Both the position numbers and the translations under genes were made by a program. 64,000 nt of DNA from Mycobacterium sp. (lineage in GTDB: Bacteria > Actinomycetota > Actinomycetes > Mycobacteriales > Mycobacteriaceae): contig JAFAID010000253.1 in NCBI GenBank assembly GCA_019236925.1, positions 28,250 through 92,249 on the forward strand. The letters are read 5' to 3'. Shown piece after piece: positions 25,507 to 34,295 of this stretch (positions are counted from its first letter, which is position 1; each line of letters begins with the position of its first letter). The notes beneath the pieces are model-generated. The model worked only from the letters and a program-made list of their open reading frames with translations. It had not been told where the DNA came from and searched no databases.

Positions 25507-26885
25507 GGCGCCTCCGCGGTGAATCCCAGATCGACGATCGGCACGTCGATAGTGGTGTTGGTTTTCTGGATCGCCGGGACCAACGTGTCGTACGGCAATC
25601 CCGCGAGGAAGCCGTCGACGACGCGTTCGAAGTTCGAGATCAGCCCTTCGATCTGGTCCGACAGGCGCATGTATTCAAATCCCTTGGAATGCAGGCCTTT
25701 TTGCTGTCGCGGTAGGTTCGAAAAGTCTTGGGCGGGGATCGGCGGCCAGCGCGGGTCGTCGGGCGCCATCGGCTCCGGTGGCGTGGGCTTTCCGGCAGAG
25801 AGGTCAGTGGGTAAACGGGTGAGGGACCAGATCTCGAAGAGGGTTTCCTCGGGCCCGAGCGGCCGGATCCGATACGACGAGGCGCTGCTGTAGGTGGGCA
25901 GGATGAAGTGGTGGGGGAAGCAGAACCCGATCGCGTCGGTAATGCCGCGGCGAATGAGGTCGTTGAGATCGGGCATCTGGCTGCCCCGCGCCCGATGCCA
26001 GCTGACGACGGCGTCGTTGAGGGCGCTGCGCCAGGCGGTCATCGCCTCGGCCGGGTCGGATGGCAGCTCGATGTTCTGCAGGCCTTCGGCGATGCGGATG
26101 TCGTTCTCGTGGGTCATGCCTCCCATGCCGTCGCCCAGGGTGCGCATGAAGTAGAGGCTGCTCGCGACGACGGGGTGTACCGCCGCGGACGGGCTGCCGG
26201 TCTGCGCGGACGGCAACAGCTGGGGATGGGTCTGCGGAACGTGATAGCCCTCCATGAACGCGGCGGTCGCCAGCTTCCAATTCACCGGAAGCCGACACGA
26301 CTGCCACCATTCGACGCGCAGCGATTCCACCTTCCAGGCGTCATAGATTGATGCGAACGGCTCCATGCAGTCGCGCAGCCCAGGGGCGTTGTCGTCGAGG
26401 TTGATCCACGCGCAGCCGCCCCAGAGCTCACACCGGACCGAGACGAGTTGCAGATCATCCGGACACAAGTTCTCCTCGGCAAACACCTCGGGCCGCAATA
26501 CGAACGTGTTGCGTCCATCGATGCCCCAGCACCACCCGTGGAATGGGCAGACGAAGGTGCGCCGATTCCCGTTGCCCTCCACTAGCTTTACTCCGCGGTG
26601 GCGGCATGCGTTGTGGTAGGCCCGCACAGTTTCGCTGTCTACCCGCACCACGATGATCGAGTCGTCGAGGATCTGGTACTCCACGAAGTCTCCCGGCTTG
26701 GGGATCTCCTCAAGTCGACACGCCATCTGCCACACTCGCGGCCAGAACAGCTCGGCTTCCATCGCGTAGAAGTCCGGGTCGTAGTAACGCTGCTTGGGAA
26801 TCCGGTTGGCGGTCTGGACCGCCCACGGCACCGGAAGCGGTTCCCAATGCACATCGGTTCGTGCCGAATCCATTTCTAGCGCCAT
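25503..26885 (-). CDS. Rieske non-heme iron oxygenase alpha subunit
   Basis: CRHRG..CPFHGW Rieske motif; NWK..EGYHVPQTH iron motif. Confidence 0.93.
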   Translation of the reverse strand: MALEMDSARTDVHWEPLPVPWAVQTANRIPKQRYYDPDFYAMEAELFWPRVWQMACRLEEIPKPGDFVEYQILDDSIIVVRVDSETVRAYHNACRHRGVKLVEGNGNRRTFVCPFHGWCWGIDGRNTFVLRPEVFAEENLCPDDLQLVSVRCELWGGCAWINLDDNAPGLRDCMEPFASIYDAWKVESLRVEWWQSCRLPVNWKLATAAFMEGYHVPQTHPQLLPSAQTGSPSAAVHPVVASSLYFMRTLGDGMGGMTHENDIRIAEGLQNIELPSDPAEAMTAWRSALNDAVVSWHRARGSQMPDLNDLIRRGITDAIGFCFPHHFILPTYSSASSYRIRPLGPEETLFEIWSLTRLPTDLSAGKPTPPEPMAPDDPRWPPIPAQDFSNLPRQQKGLHSKGFEYMRLSDQIEGLISNFERVVDGFLAGLPYDTLVPAIQKTNTTIDVPIVDLGFTAEAP

Positions 26886-26906
26886 CTCATTGTCCCTTGT
26901 GCTCGC

Positions 26907-28445
26907 TCATACGATCCGTGATACCCGCCCTTGCCAGTAACGTTCGCGGATTCGCCTCTTGTAGAGCTTTCCGTTCGGGTCCCGCGGCAACTCCGGGTCG
27001 AATTCAACTGTGCGCGGGCACTTATAGCCCGCGAGGTGCGTTCGGCAGTACTCGATGAGCTCAGCCTCGAGGTCGGGATCGGGTGTGACGCCCTCGACCG
27101 GTTGCACGACAGCCTTGACCTCTTCACCGAACTCGTCGTTGGGCACGCCGAACACCGCCGCGTCGATGAGTTTGGGGTGCATGACCAGCAGGTTCTCCGC
27201 CTCCTGGGGATAAATGTTCACCCCGCCGCACACGATCATGAACGTCGATCGGTCGGTGAGGTACAGGTACTCGTCCTCGTCGACGTAACCCATGTCGCCT
27301 AAGGAGCGCCACCCGCGGTCGTTGGACACCGACGCGGTCTTGGCTGGGTCCTTGAAGTATTCGAAGTCGGGTCCACCTTCGAAGTAGAGCTCGCCGGACT
27401 CCCCGACGGGAAGCTCCTGTCCGTCCTCGCCGAGGACGTGCACCGGGGCCATCGGTATGCCCACCGAACCCGGATGGGCCAGCCACTCCTCGGGCCCGAT
27501 CGTGGTGCCGGCGAATCCCTCAGTCCCCCCGTAATATTCGTGGATGATGTGGCCGAACCACTTCATCATCTGATGCTTGACGTCCACCGGGCACGGGGCG
27601 GCCGCATGAATCACACATTTCAGGCTCGAGACGTCGTATTTCTCCCGGACAGCCCTGGGTAACTTGAGCATCCGCACGAACATCGTCGGCACGAACTGCG
27701 CGTGAGTGACGCGCTGAGTCTCGATCAGGCGCAGCACGGCTTCCGCGTCGAACTTGCGCATGATTATCGCCGCGGCCCCGACACGGTTGACGGCCATCGT
27801 GTAGTTCACCCCGGCGGCGTGATACATCGGTGCCGGCGACAGGTACACGCTGACCGGGCTCATGCCGTACTTGTGGATCAGCGCCATTTCCAAAACCGAC
27901 TGCGCCCACGAGCCGTTGCCGTCGGTCGGGAGCGGCCGGCGAACGGCCTTGGGCCGTCCGGTGGTACCCGACGAGTACAGCATCTCCGACCCATCCGACG
28001 CCGCCGGCGCATCACCGGCCCTCGCCACGGCGTCGTCATAGGATTGCCAGCCGCCCAGGTTGCCCCCGACCACGATGTGCACGTCGACGCCCTCGTTGGC
28101 GCTGCGCAGGTGCGCCGCGAGATCGCCCATCGACGCGTCGACGAATACCGCCTTTGCGTCGGAGTCGTCAATGACGTAGGCGACTTCGTCGGGCGTGAAG
28201 TGGGTGTTGACAGCGGTGTAGTAAAGCCCGGAAAGCTGGCAGCCCCAGGTGATTTCGAAGAACTCGGGCCGGTTCGGCAGAACCAGGGCCACCCCGTCGC
28301 CACGGCGCAACCCCGCATCGCGCAGCACCGCGGCGACCCGTTGGCTGCGGGCATGCAGCTCGCCGAACGAAATCGTGTCGCCGTCGCCGATGATGAGGGC
28401 CGGCGACTCTGCGGCGCTGATCGCGTGGTCGGCGATGTTCACCAA
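26907..28445 (-). CDS. Acyl-CoA synthetase
   Basis: YSSGTTGRPK, YGGTE, SLGDMG, NGKLYKR. Confidence 0.94.
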   Translation of the reverse strand: MVNIADHAISAAESPALIIGDGDTISFGELHARSQRVAAVLRDAGLRRGDGVALVLPNRPEFFEITWGCQLSGLYYTAVNTHFTPDEVAYVIDDSDAKAVFVDASMGDLAAHLRSANEGVDVHIVVGGNLGGWQSYDDAVARAGDAPAASDGSEMLYSSGTTGRPKAVRRPLPTDGNGSWAQSVLEMALIHKYGMSPVSVYLSPAPMYHAAGVNYTMAVNRVGAAAIIMRKFDAEAVLRLIETQRVTHAQFVPTMFVRMLKLPRAVREKYDVSSLKCVIHAAAPCPVDVKHQMMKWFGHIIHEYYGGTEGFAGTTIGPEEWLAHPGSVGIPMAPVHVLGEDGQELPVGESGELYFEGGPDFEYFKDPAKTASVSNDRGWRSLGDMGYVDEDEYLYLTDRSTFMIVCGGVNIYPQEAENLLVMHPKLIDAAVFGVPNDEFGEEVKAVVQPVEGVTPDPDLEAELIEYCRTHLAGYKCPRTVEFDPELPRDPNGKLYKRRIRERYWQGRVSRIV

Positions 28446-28450
28446 GAGAC

Positions 28451-29323
28451 CTAAGTCGTTGCCGCGCCGTCGGTCTGTGCGGCCGCCGCGGCTTGGCGGC
28501 GGGCTTGCTCGGATGGCAGCACCTTGTCCTTGAAGACGGTCTGAATCAACTGCTGCACATCCTTGCTGATCGAGGCCAGCGCGACCAGGTCGTTGGAGCT
28601 CTGCCAGTGCACTCGCATACCCATCAGTTCCCAGGCCCGTTTGAGGTTGGCCTTGGTCGCCAACAGCGTGGTCATCGGCGCCTGGGCGATGTGGCGGGCG
28701 ATGGCCTCAACCCGCGCGTCGAGTTGGTCGCGCGGAACGACCTCGTTGACCAGCCCGACCTCTAACGCCTTCTTGGCGTCGATCACCTCGGCGAGGTACA
28801 GGTAATACGCCGCGCGCCGCCAGTTCATGAACACCCAAGGCTCGATGGAGCATTCACCCGACGGCATGCCGAACCCCTGCAACGGCGGGTAGGAGAAGTA
28901 GGCGTCCTCTGACGCGATGACGATGTCGGTGGTCAGTCCATAGTGGGTGCCGCCGCCGACGCAGTAGCCGTGCACCTGCGCGATGGTCGGCTTGGAGAAC
29001 TCCCACAGGTTCAGGATCGGTTTCACGAACAGGTCGGTCTGCGGCTTCCACGGGGTGCCCATCACCTTTGCGCCCTCGACGAATTCCGGGTAGTCGACGG
29101 CGTTGTTGCCGATCGCGTGTCCCGAGCAGAAGCCCTTGCCGTTGGCCTTCAGGATCAAAACCTTGATGTCGTAGTCACGGTCGGCGTCCAGCAACGCGGC
29201 ATCGACTTCTTCGGCCAGCTTCTGGTCCTGGGCATTGGCCTTCTCCGGCCAGTTCAGCGTGATCTTCGCGATGGCGCCTTCTTTTTCGAAGATGATCCTC
29301 TCGCGGGTCTCGTTGAGATCCAT
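28451..29323 (-). CDS. Enoyl-CoA hydratase/crotonase-family protein
   Basis: TLNWPEKAN, GFCSGH, KPTIAQVHGYCVGGG. Confidence 0.9.
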   Translation of the reverse strand: MDLNETRERIIFEKEGAIAKITLNWPEKANAQDQKLAEEVDAALLDADRDYDIKVLILKANGKGFCSGHAIGNNAVDYPEFVEGAKVMGTPWKPQTDLFVKPILNLWEFSKPTIAQVHGYCVGGGTHYGLTTDIVIASEDAYFSYPPLQGFGMPSGECSIEPWVFMNWRRAAYYLYLAEVIDAKKALEVGLVNEVVPRDQLDARVEAIARHIAQAPMTTLLATKANLKRAWELMGMRVHWQSSNDLVALASISKDVQQLIQTVFKDKVLPSEQARRQAAAAAQTDGAATT

Positions 29324-29340
29324 AGCTGCTTACCCTTTCG

Positions 29341-29577
29341 TTATGACGTAATGACGCCGATTTCGGCGCCGATGTCGTAGGTGGTGCCGATCCGGCCCGT
29401 CCATTGCACGGTGCCCGAGGCGCCGGCTTCGATTTCCTGTTCCACCTTCTCGGTGGCAATCACGTAGATCGGTGTGCCCTCTTCGACATGCTGCCCGGCA
29501 TCGACGAGCAAGTCGGTCAACTCGGCTTCCGAGACAGCCACCGATACCCGCGGGATGCGAATAACGAAGTCACCCAT
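29341..29577 (-). CDS. Stand-alone lipoyl/biotinyl carrier protein
   Basis: 78 aa MGDFVIRIPRVS..ATEKVEQEIEAGASG; conserved Lys hairpin. Confidence 0.88.
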   Translation of the reverse strand: MGDFVIRIPRVSVAVSEAELTDLLVDAGQHVEEGTPIYVIATEKVEQEIEAGASGTVQWTGRIGTTYDIGAEIGVITS

Positions 29578-30568
29578 GAACTTTAGCCTTCTCCAGGGTG
29601 CGCCGTGCGGCTTCGACAATCCGTGGCGCCGACGGATAGACCTGCGCCTCCAGCACGGCCGCAGCAGGGTTGGGGACGAACTTGGCACCCACCCGCTCGA
29701 CGGGCGCCGCCAGTTCGCCGAACAGCTCGAACTGCAGGATCGCGGCGATCTCTGCTCCCGGCCCGGCGAATTGGACTGCGTCGTGGACGATCACGGCTCG
29801 GCGCGTTCGGCGTGCGGATTCGACGATCGTCTCGACGTCGAGGGGAACGAGGGTACGGAGATCGACGACCTCGGCGCTCACCCCCTGGTCGACCAATGTG
29901 GCTGCGGCCGCAAGGGCTTCGTGCACGCTGCGACCGTAGCTGATCACGCTGACGTCGGTGCCCGCGCGCTTGATGTCGGCCTGGCCGAGGGGAATTGAGA
30001 ACCCGGGCTCGACGGGAACAGGCCCCTTCTTGCTTTGCAGACGAACGGTTTCCACGAACAGGCAGGGATCCTCGTCGAAGATCGCGGCGGTCAGCAGACC
30101 TTTACCGTCGCGCGGGGTGGACGGCACGATCACCTTCATCCCAGGGATGTGCATGAACCACGCCTCCAGGCTCTGCGAATGCGTGGCACCGGTGGCCAGA
30201 CCCGCATACACCTGAGTGCGGATGGTGATCGGCGCCGTCGTTCGCCCGGCGGTCATGAATCGCAGTTTGGCGGCGTTGTTGATCAACTGATCGGCGGCGA
30301 TGCCGATGAAATCCATGATCATGATCTCGGCCACCGGAAGCAGCCCGTCGATCGCGGCGCCGATCGCCGCGCCGACGATCGCGGCTTCCGAGATCGGAGT
30401 GTCCAACACCCGGTCGTGGCCGTACTTCGTCGACAACCCCGCGGTGGGGCCGGTCGCTCCGGGATCGGCGATATCCTCACCGAGCAAAAACACCCGATCG
30501 TCGGCCTGCAGCGCCTCGTCGAGCGCGAGGTTGAGCGCCTCGCGCATTGTCATCTCTTTCTCTTGCAT
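29570..30568 (-). CDS. 2-oxoacid/acetoin dehydrogenase E1 beta subunit
   Basis: LGEDI, DTPISEAAIVG, HSQSLEAWF, DLRTLVPLD. Confidence 0.93.
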   Translation of the reverse strand: MQEKEMTMREALNLALDEALQADDRVFLLGEDIADPGATGPTAGLSTKYGHDRVLDTPISEAAIVGAAIGAAIDGLLPVAEIMIMDFIGIAADQLINNAAKLRFMTAGRTTAPITIRTQVYAGLATGATHSQSLEAWFMHIPGMKVIVPSTPRDGKGLLTAAIFDEDPCLFVETVRLQSKKGPVPVEPGFSIPLGQADIKRAGTDVSVISYGRSVHEALAAAATLVDQGVSAEVVDLRTLVPLDVETIVESARRTRRAVIVHDAVQFAGPGAEIAAILQFELFGELAAPVERVGAKFVPNPAAAVLEAQVYPSAPRIVEAARRTLEKAKVHG

Positions 30569-30572
30569 GGCC

Positions 30573-31568
30573 TCACACCGGGTGCTTTAGAGGGGTCGCG
30601 TACACGTCTTGGTCGAGTTCGTCGATCGACGGGGAGTCTGCGCTCATCACGGTTTTCAGCGCGGTTTCCACCGTCGCCGCAGCCTCGCTCTCGATGCTGT
30701 CGAGCTCGTCCGCATCGCACATGCCGGCATCGGCGAGGTGGTCGCGGAATCTCGGCACCGGATCGGCGGCCATCGCTGCGGCCAGCTGATCCTTGGGGAT
30801 ATACGGCATCCGGTCACCGAAATAATGGCCGCGGAAACGGAATGTCACACCCTCGATGAACGTCGGACCGCCGCCGTCGCGGGCGCGTTGCAGTGCTTGG
30901 TCGAGCGCGGCCTTGACGGCCAGCGGGTCGTTGCCGTCGACGCGCACACCCGGCATGCCGTAACCGGCCGCCCGGTCGGCGACGTGTTCGAGCTTCATCG
31001 TGTCGGCGGTCGGCGTCATTTCGGCGTAGAGATTGTTCTGGCACACGAAGACAACCGGCAGATCCCACAGCGCGGCCATGTTGGCTGCTTCGTGGAAGGA
31101 CCCGGTGTTCGTGGCGCCGTCACCGAAGCTGACCACCGTGACGCGGTCGAGGCCCTTGCGTTTGGCGGCCATCGCCAGACCCACCGCCACCGGGGGTCCC
31201 GCCCCGACGATCCCGGTCGAAAGCATCACGCCCTTATCAGGTTTGGCGATGTGCATGGTGCCGCCCTTGCCGCGGCTTGCGCCGACGGTACGGCCCATCA
31301 TCTCGCCGTAGATCTCCTCCAGCGGGACGCCCTTGCCGATCAGATCGTGCAGGCCGCGGTAGGTGGTGACCAGCTGGTCGTCGGGTCGCAGTGACACACC
31401 CATCGCCGCCGCGATCGCCTCCTGGCCGCGCGACGGCCAGTACACGCACATGAACTCTCCGGTGCCAATGCCCTTCGAGAGCCTGTCGTCGGCGGCCTTC
31501 ATCAGCACCATCAGCGCATAGATGCGCTTCTGAACTTCTTTTGGAGGTATCTGTGCTGCGGGAGTCAC
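30573..31568 (-). CDS. ThDP-dependent dehydrogenase E1 alpha subunit
   Basis: GQEA, TYRG, GDGATNTGSFHE..NN ThDP motif, RFRGH. Confidence 0.93.
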   Translation of the reverse strand: MTPAAQIPPKEVQKRIYALMVLMKAADDRLSKGIGTGEFMCVYWPSRGQEAIAAAMGVSLRPDDQLVTTYRGLHDLIGKGVPLEEIYGEMMGRTVGASRGKGGTMHIAKPDKGVMLSTGIVGAGPPVAVGLAMAAKRKGLDRVTVVSFGDGATNTGSFHEAANMAALWDLPVVFVCQNNLYAEMTPTADTMKLEHVADRAAGYGMPGVRVDGNDPLAVKAALDQALQRARDGGGPTFIEGVTFRFRGHYFGDRMPYIPKDQLAAAMAADPVPRFRDHLADAGMCDADELDSIESEAAATVETALKTVMSADSPSIDELDQDVYATPLKHPV

Positions 31569-31885
31569 TTTGTGTAGGAGCCGATCTGACCATAGACCTT
31601 GGGAATTGGCGGCGTCTCCATGTTGAGCAGCTCGAGCGACGACATTTTGCCGCTGGCACCGAGCTCCCCCAGCCGTTGCACCACCGAGTCGAGGTCGTCG
31701 CAGTCAAGTTCGTAGATCGCGATGAATGGCCCCTTTCCATCGGTGGGCGCGAACCGGCGCGCGGAGACGATGCCGTCCACCGAGCAGATCTCCGCCAGAT
31801 GGGTGTCGTTGTACCACTTGTGATAGTCCGCCTCGCGGTCCGGCGACACCGGCATCGTCTCCAGGTAGATGATCCCTTTGGGCAT
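31565..31885 (-). CDS. Small dimeric alpha-beta barrel (EthD/DUF4286-like) protein
   Basis: YHKWYNDTHLAEI..GIVSARRF..FIAIYE pattern. Confidence 0.7.
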   Translation of the reverse strand: MPKGIIYLETMPVSPDREADYHKWYNDTHLAEICSVDGIVSARRFAPTDGKGPFIAIYELDCDDLDSVVQRLGELGASGKMSSLELLNMETPPIPKVYGQIGSYTK

Positions 31886-31931
31886 GCTTACCTCTCCATC
31901 TCGGTTGGGCCGCAATTTGATTGGCTGAATT

Positions 31932-32795
31932 TCACGCGCCTGCCCACGGCTTCACCTTGAGGAAGCCACCGGCGTCGACGCGCAACTGCTGGCCGGTGAT
32001 GTAGCGCGCCGCGTCCGAGGCGAGGAATAGCACGGCCTCACTGATGTCCTCGGGTTCGACATATGGCACCGGCATCGCCTGCACTAGCGGAAAAACGGGT
32101 TCGGCATCGTCGCGGGTCGGGTTCTTCAGGTCGGGCCGGAAGGCCCGGTACATCGGCGCGCTGTGCAACATGTCGGTGTTGACGTTCGTCGGGTGCACCG
32201 CGTTCATTCGGATGGAGAACTTGGCCAGTGCCAGCGCGAAATCGTTGACATAGTGCGCGGCAGCTATTTTCGCGAAGGCATACCCCGCTCCTCCGGGACC
32301 ACCGTCGATGCCGGTGGTGTTCATCGACGACATGAACGCCGCGTTGGATCCGATCACGATGATCGAGGCGCCGGCCTGCAGGTGCTTGAGGCTGGTGTGC
32401 ACGAGGTTGATCACGCCGAGCAGGTCGACGTCCACCGCGTCGGCGAAGGCCTGTGGCGGCAGGCCCGCGGTGAGCGGACAGATGCCCGCGTTGGCAACCA
32501 CGATGTCGAGATGACCCAACTCGGCGACGCCCCGGTCGATCGCCGCGGACAGGGCAGCGCGGTCACGAACATCGGCGATTTCAGTGAAGGCGCGCTGACC
32601 CTCCTTCTCGACCAGACGCGCGGTTTCGTCGAGGTCCTCCGGACGGGCCAGCGGGTACTCGTTGGTTTCGATGTCGGCGCACAGGTCCAGCGCGATGATG
32701 TCGGCGCCTTCGGCGGCAAGCATTCGGGCATGAGAGCGACCCTGACCGCGCGCGGCCCCGCTGACCACCGCTACCTTGCCCGTCACTCTGCCCAT
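31932..32795 (-). CDS. Mycofactocin-coupled SDR oxidoreductase
   Basis: GAARGQGRSHA, EGADIIALDLC with insert loop YPLARPEDLDET, HPTNVNTDM. Confidence 0.9.
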   Translation of the reverse strand: MGRVTGKVAVVSGAARGQGRSHARMLAAEGADIIALDLCADIETNEYPLARPEDLDETARLVEKEGQRAFTEIADVRDRAALSAAIDRGVAELGHLDIVVANAGICPLTAGLPPQAFADAVDVDLLGVINLVHTSLKHLQAGASIIVIGSNAAFMSSMNTTGIDGGPGGAGYAFAKIAAAHYVNDFALALAKFSIRMNAVHPTNVNTDMLHSAPMYRAFRPDLKNPTRDDAEPVFPLVQAMPVPYVEPEDISEAVLFLASDAARYITGQQLRVDAGGFLKVKPWAGA

Positions 32796-32981
32796 CGCCG
32801 GTCCTTTCTCAGCGCTCTGAATAACGACGAACCACACTGGGGCTCATGATTTTTCGCGCGAGTGCCGGGACCAGCTAACGAGGCGCTGACCCGGCCATCA
32901 GGTGGGACCGGACGAGCGTTCGACTCCATCGCATCTCTTCCACGACGCTGCGTCGTTGCAGTACAGGCTGACGAATACCTA

Positions 32982-32995
32982 TAGTATCTATACTA
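32982..32995. promoter_or_regulatory. AT-rich inverted repeat TAGTAT-ct-ATACTA in a divergent promoter
   Basis: Perfect 6-bp arms containing TATACT, between the SDR and CoA-transferase starts. Confidence 0.45.
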
Positions 32996-33030
32996 CCTAA
33001 AATAGAAAAGACACCGAAAAGAGTGGTCGA

Positions 33031-34248
33031 ATGTCAGCGGTGCTCAGTGGCGTCCGGGTGGTCGAGCTGGCTTCGTGGACGTACGTGCCCGCTGCCGGTG
33101 TCGCGCTGGCGGACTGGGGCGCCGAGGTCATCAAGGTGGAAAGCGTCGTAGGTGATCCCGGCCGGGCGCTGGTGGTCGGAGGGTTCACCCGGCAAGCGGC
33201 ACGTGCCGATACCGACTTCATCCTCGAGCTGAGCAACCGTGGAAAACGCAGCATCGCATTGGATCTCAAGAGTGAGGCTGGCCGGGAATTCTTCGGGCGA
33301 CTGCTCGCGCAAGCCGACGTATTACTCACCAACTGGCTCCCGGCAGCGCTGGAGCGGGCACGTCTGACGGTCGAAGACATCCGCGCGTTGAACCCGAACA
33401 TCATCATCGCGCGCGGAACGGGGCTCGGTGTGCGGGGGCCCGACCGCGACCGGGGCGGCTTCGACGCCGCCACCTATCTGGCGCGCGGCGGAGTCGCTTA
33501 CACGCTCACACCGTTCGGCACCGAAAATCCCGCTGTGCAGGGTCCGGCCTTCGGCGACCTGCAGGCGGGAATCACCCTGGCCGGCGGCGTCTGCGCAGCA
33601 CTGTTCCACCGCGAGCGCACCGGCGAGCCGACGATCGTGGATTCGTCGCTACTGGCTCAGGCGATGTGGAGCATCGCGCCGTCGATCTCGGTCGCCGACC
33701 TCTTCGGTATCGACGGCATACCGGGAGCGCCGCCGGGCTTGGCGATGAACCCGCTGGTCAACCGCTATAAGACCAAGGACGACCGGTGGATCCAGATGGT
33801 GTTCCTCCAGCCGGACAAGTTCTGGGCCGGATTCTGTCAGCGGATCGGATTGCCTGAGCTGGCGACCGACGAGCGCTTCGTACCGTCGTCGAATCTGGTC
33901 GCCAACGCGGCCGAAGCGACCGCGCTGGTCGGCGCCAAGTTCGCCGAACACGACCTGGAGCACTGGCGGCAAGCGCTGGCCGACGAACCCGGCGTGTGGG
34001 CGCCGCTGGCCACACCACGTGAGGCGCTCAACGACCCGCAAAGCAAACCCAACGGCTACCTGATCACCAATGTCGACGATCAGGGCGTCGAGTACGTAAT
34101 GGTCGCTGCGCCAGTGCAGTTCGATGAAACACCACCCGGCCCCGGACGCGCGCCCGAGCACGGACAGCACACCGAGGAGATTCTGCTCGAACTCGGCTTC
34201 GACTGGGACGACATCGCCAAGGCCAAGGACAGCGGGGCAATCCTGTAG
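33031..34248 (+). CDS. CaiB/BaiF family CoA-transferase
   Basis: LSGVRVVEL, GAEVIKVE, NRGKRSIALDL, FGDLQAG, PEHGQHT. Confidence 0.93.
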   Translation: MSAVLSGVRVVELASWTYVPAAGVALADWGAEVIKVESVVGDPGRALVVGGFTRQAARADTDFILELSNRGKRSIALDLKSEAGREFFGRLLAQADVLLTNWLPAALERARLTVEDIRALNPNIIIARGTGLGVRGPDRDRGGFDAATYLARGGVAYTLTPFGTENPAVQGPAFGDLQAGITLAGGVCAALFHRERTGEPTIVDSSLLAQAMWSIAPSISVADLFGIDGIPGAPPGLAMNPLVNRYKTKDDRWIQMVFLQPDKFWAGFCQRIGLPELATDERFVPSSNLVANAAEATALVGAKFAEHDLEHWRQALADEPGVWAPLATPREALNDPQSKPNGYLITNVDDQGVEYVMVAAPVQFDETPPGPGRAPEHGQHTEEILLELGFDWDDIAKAKDSGAIL

Positions 34249-34295
34249 CCTGCCCCTCGAACGCGATCACCTGAAGGGCCGTAAAGGGGAATGTC

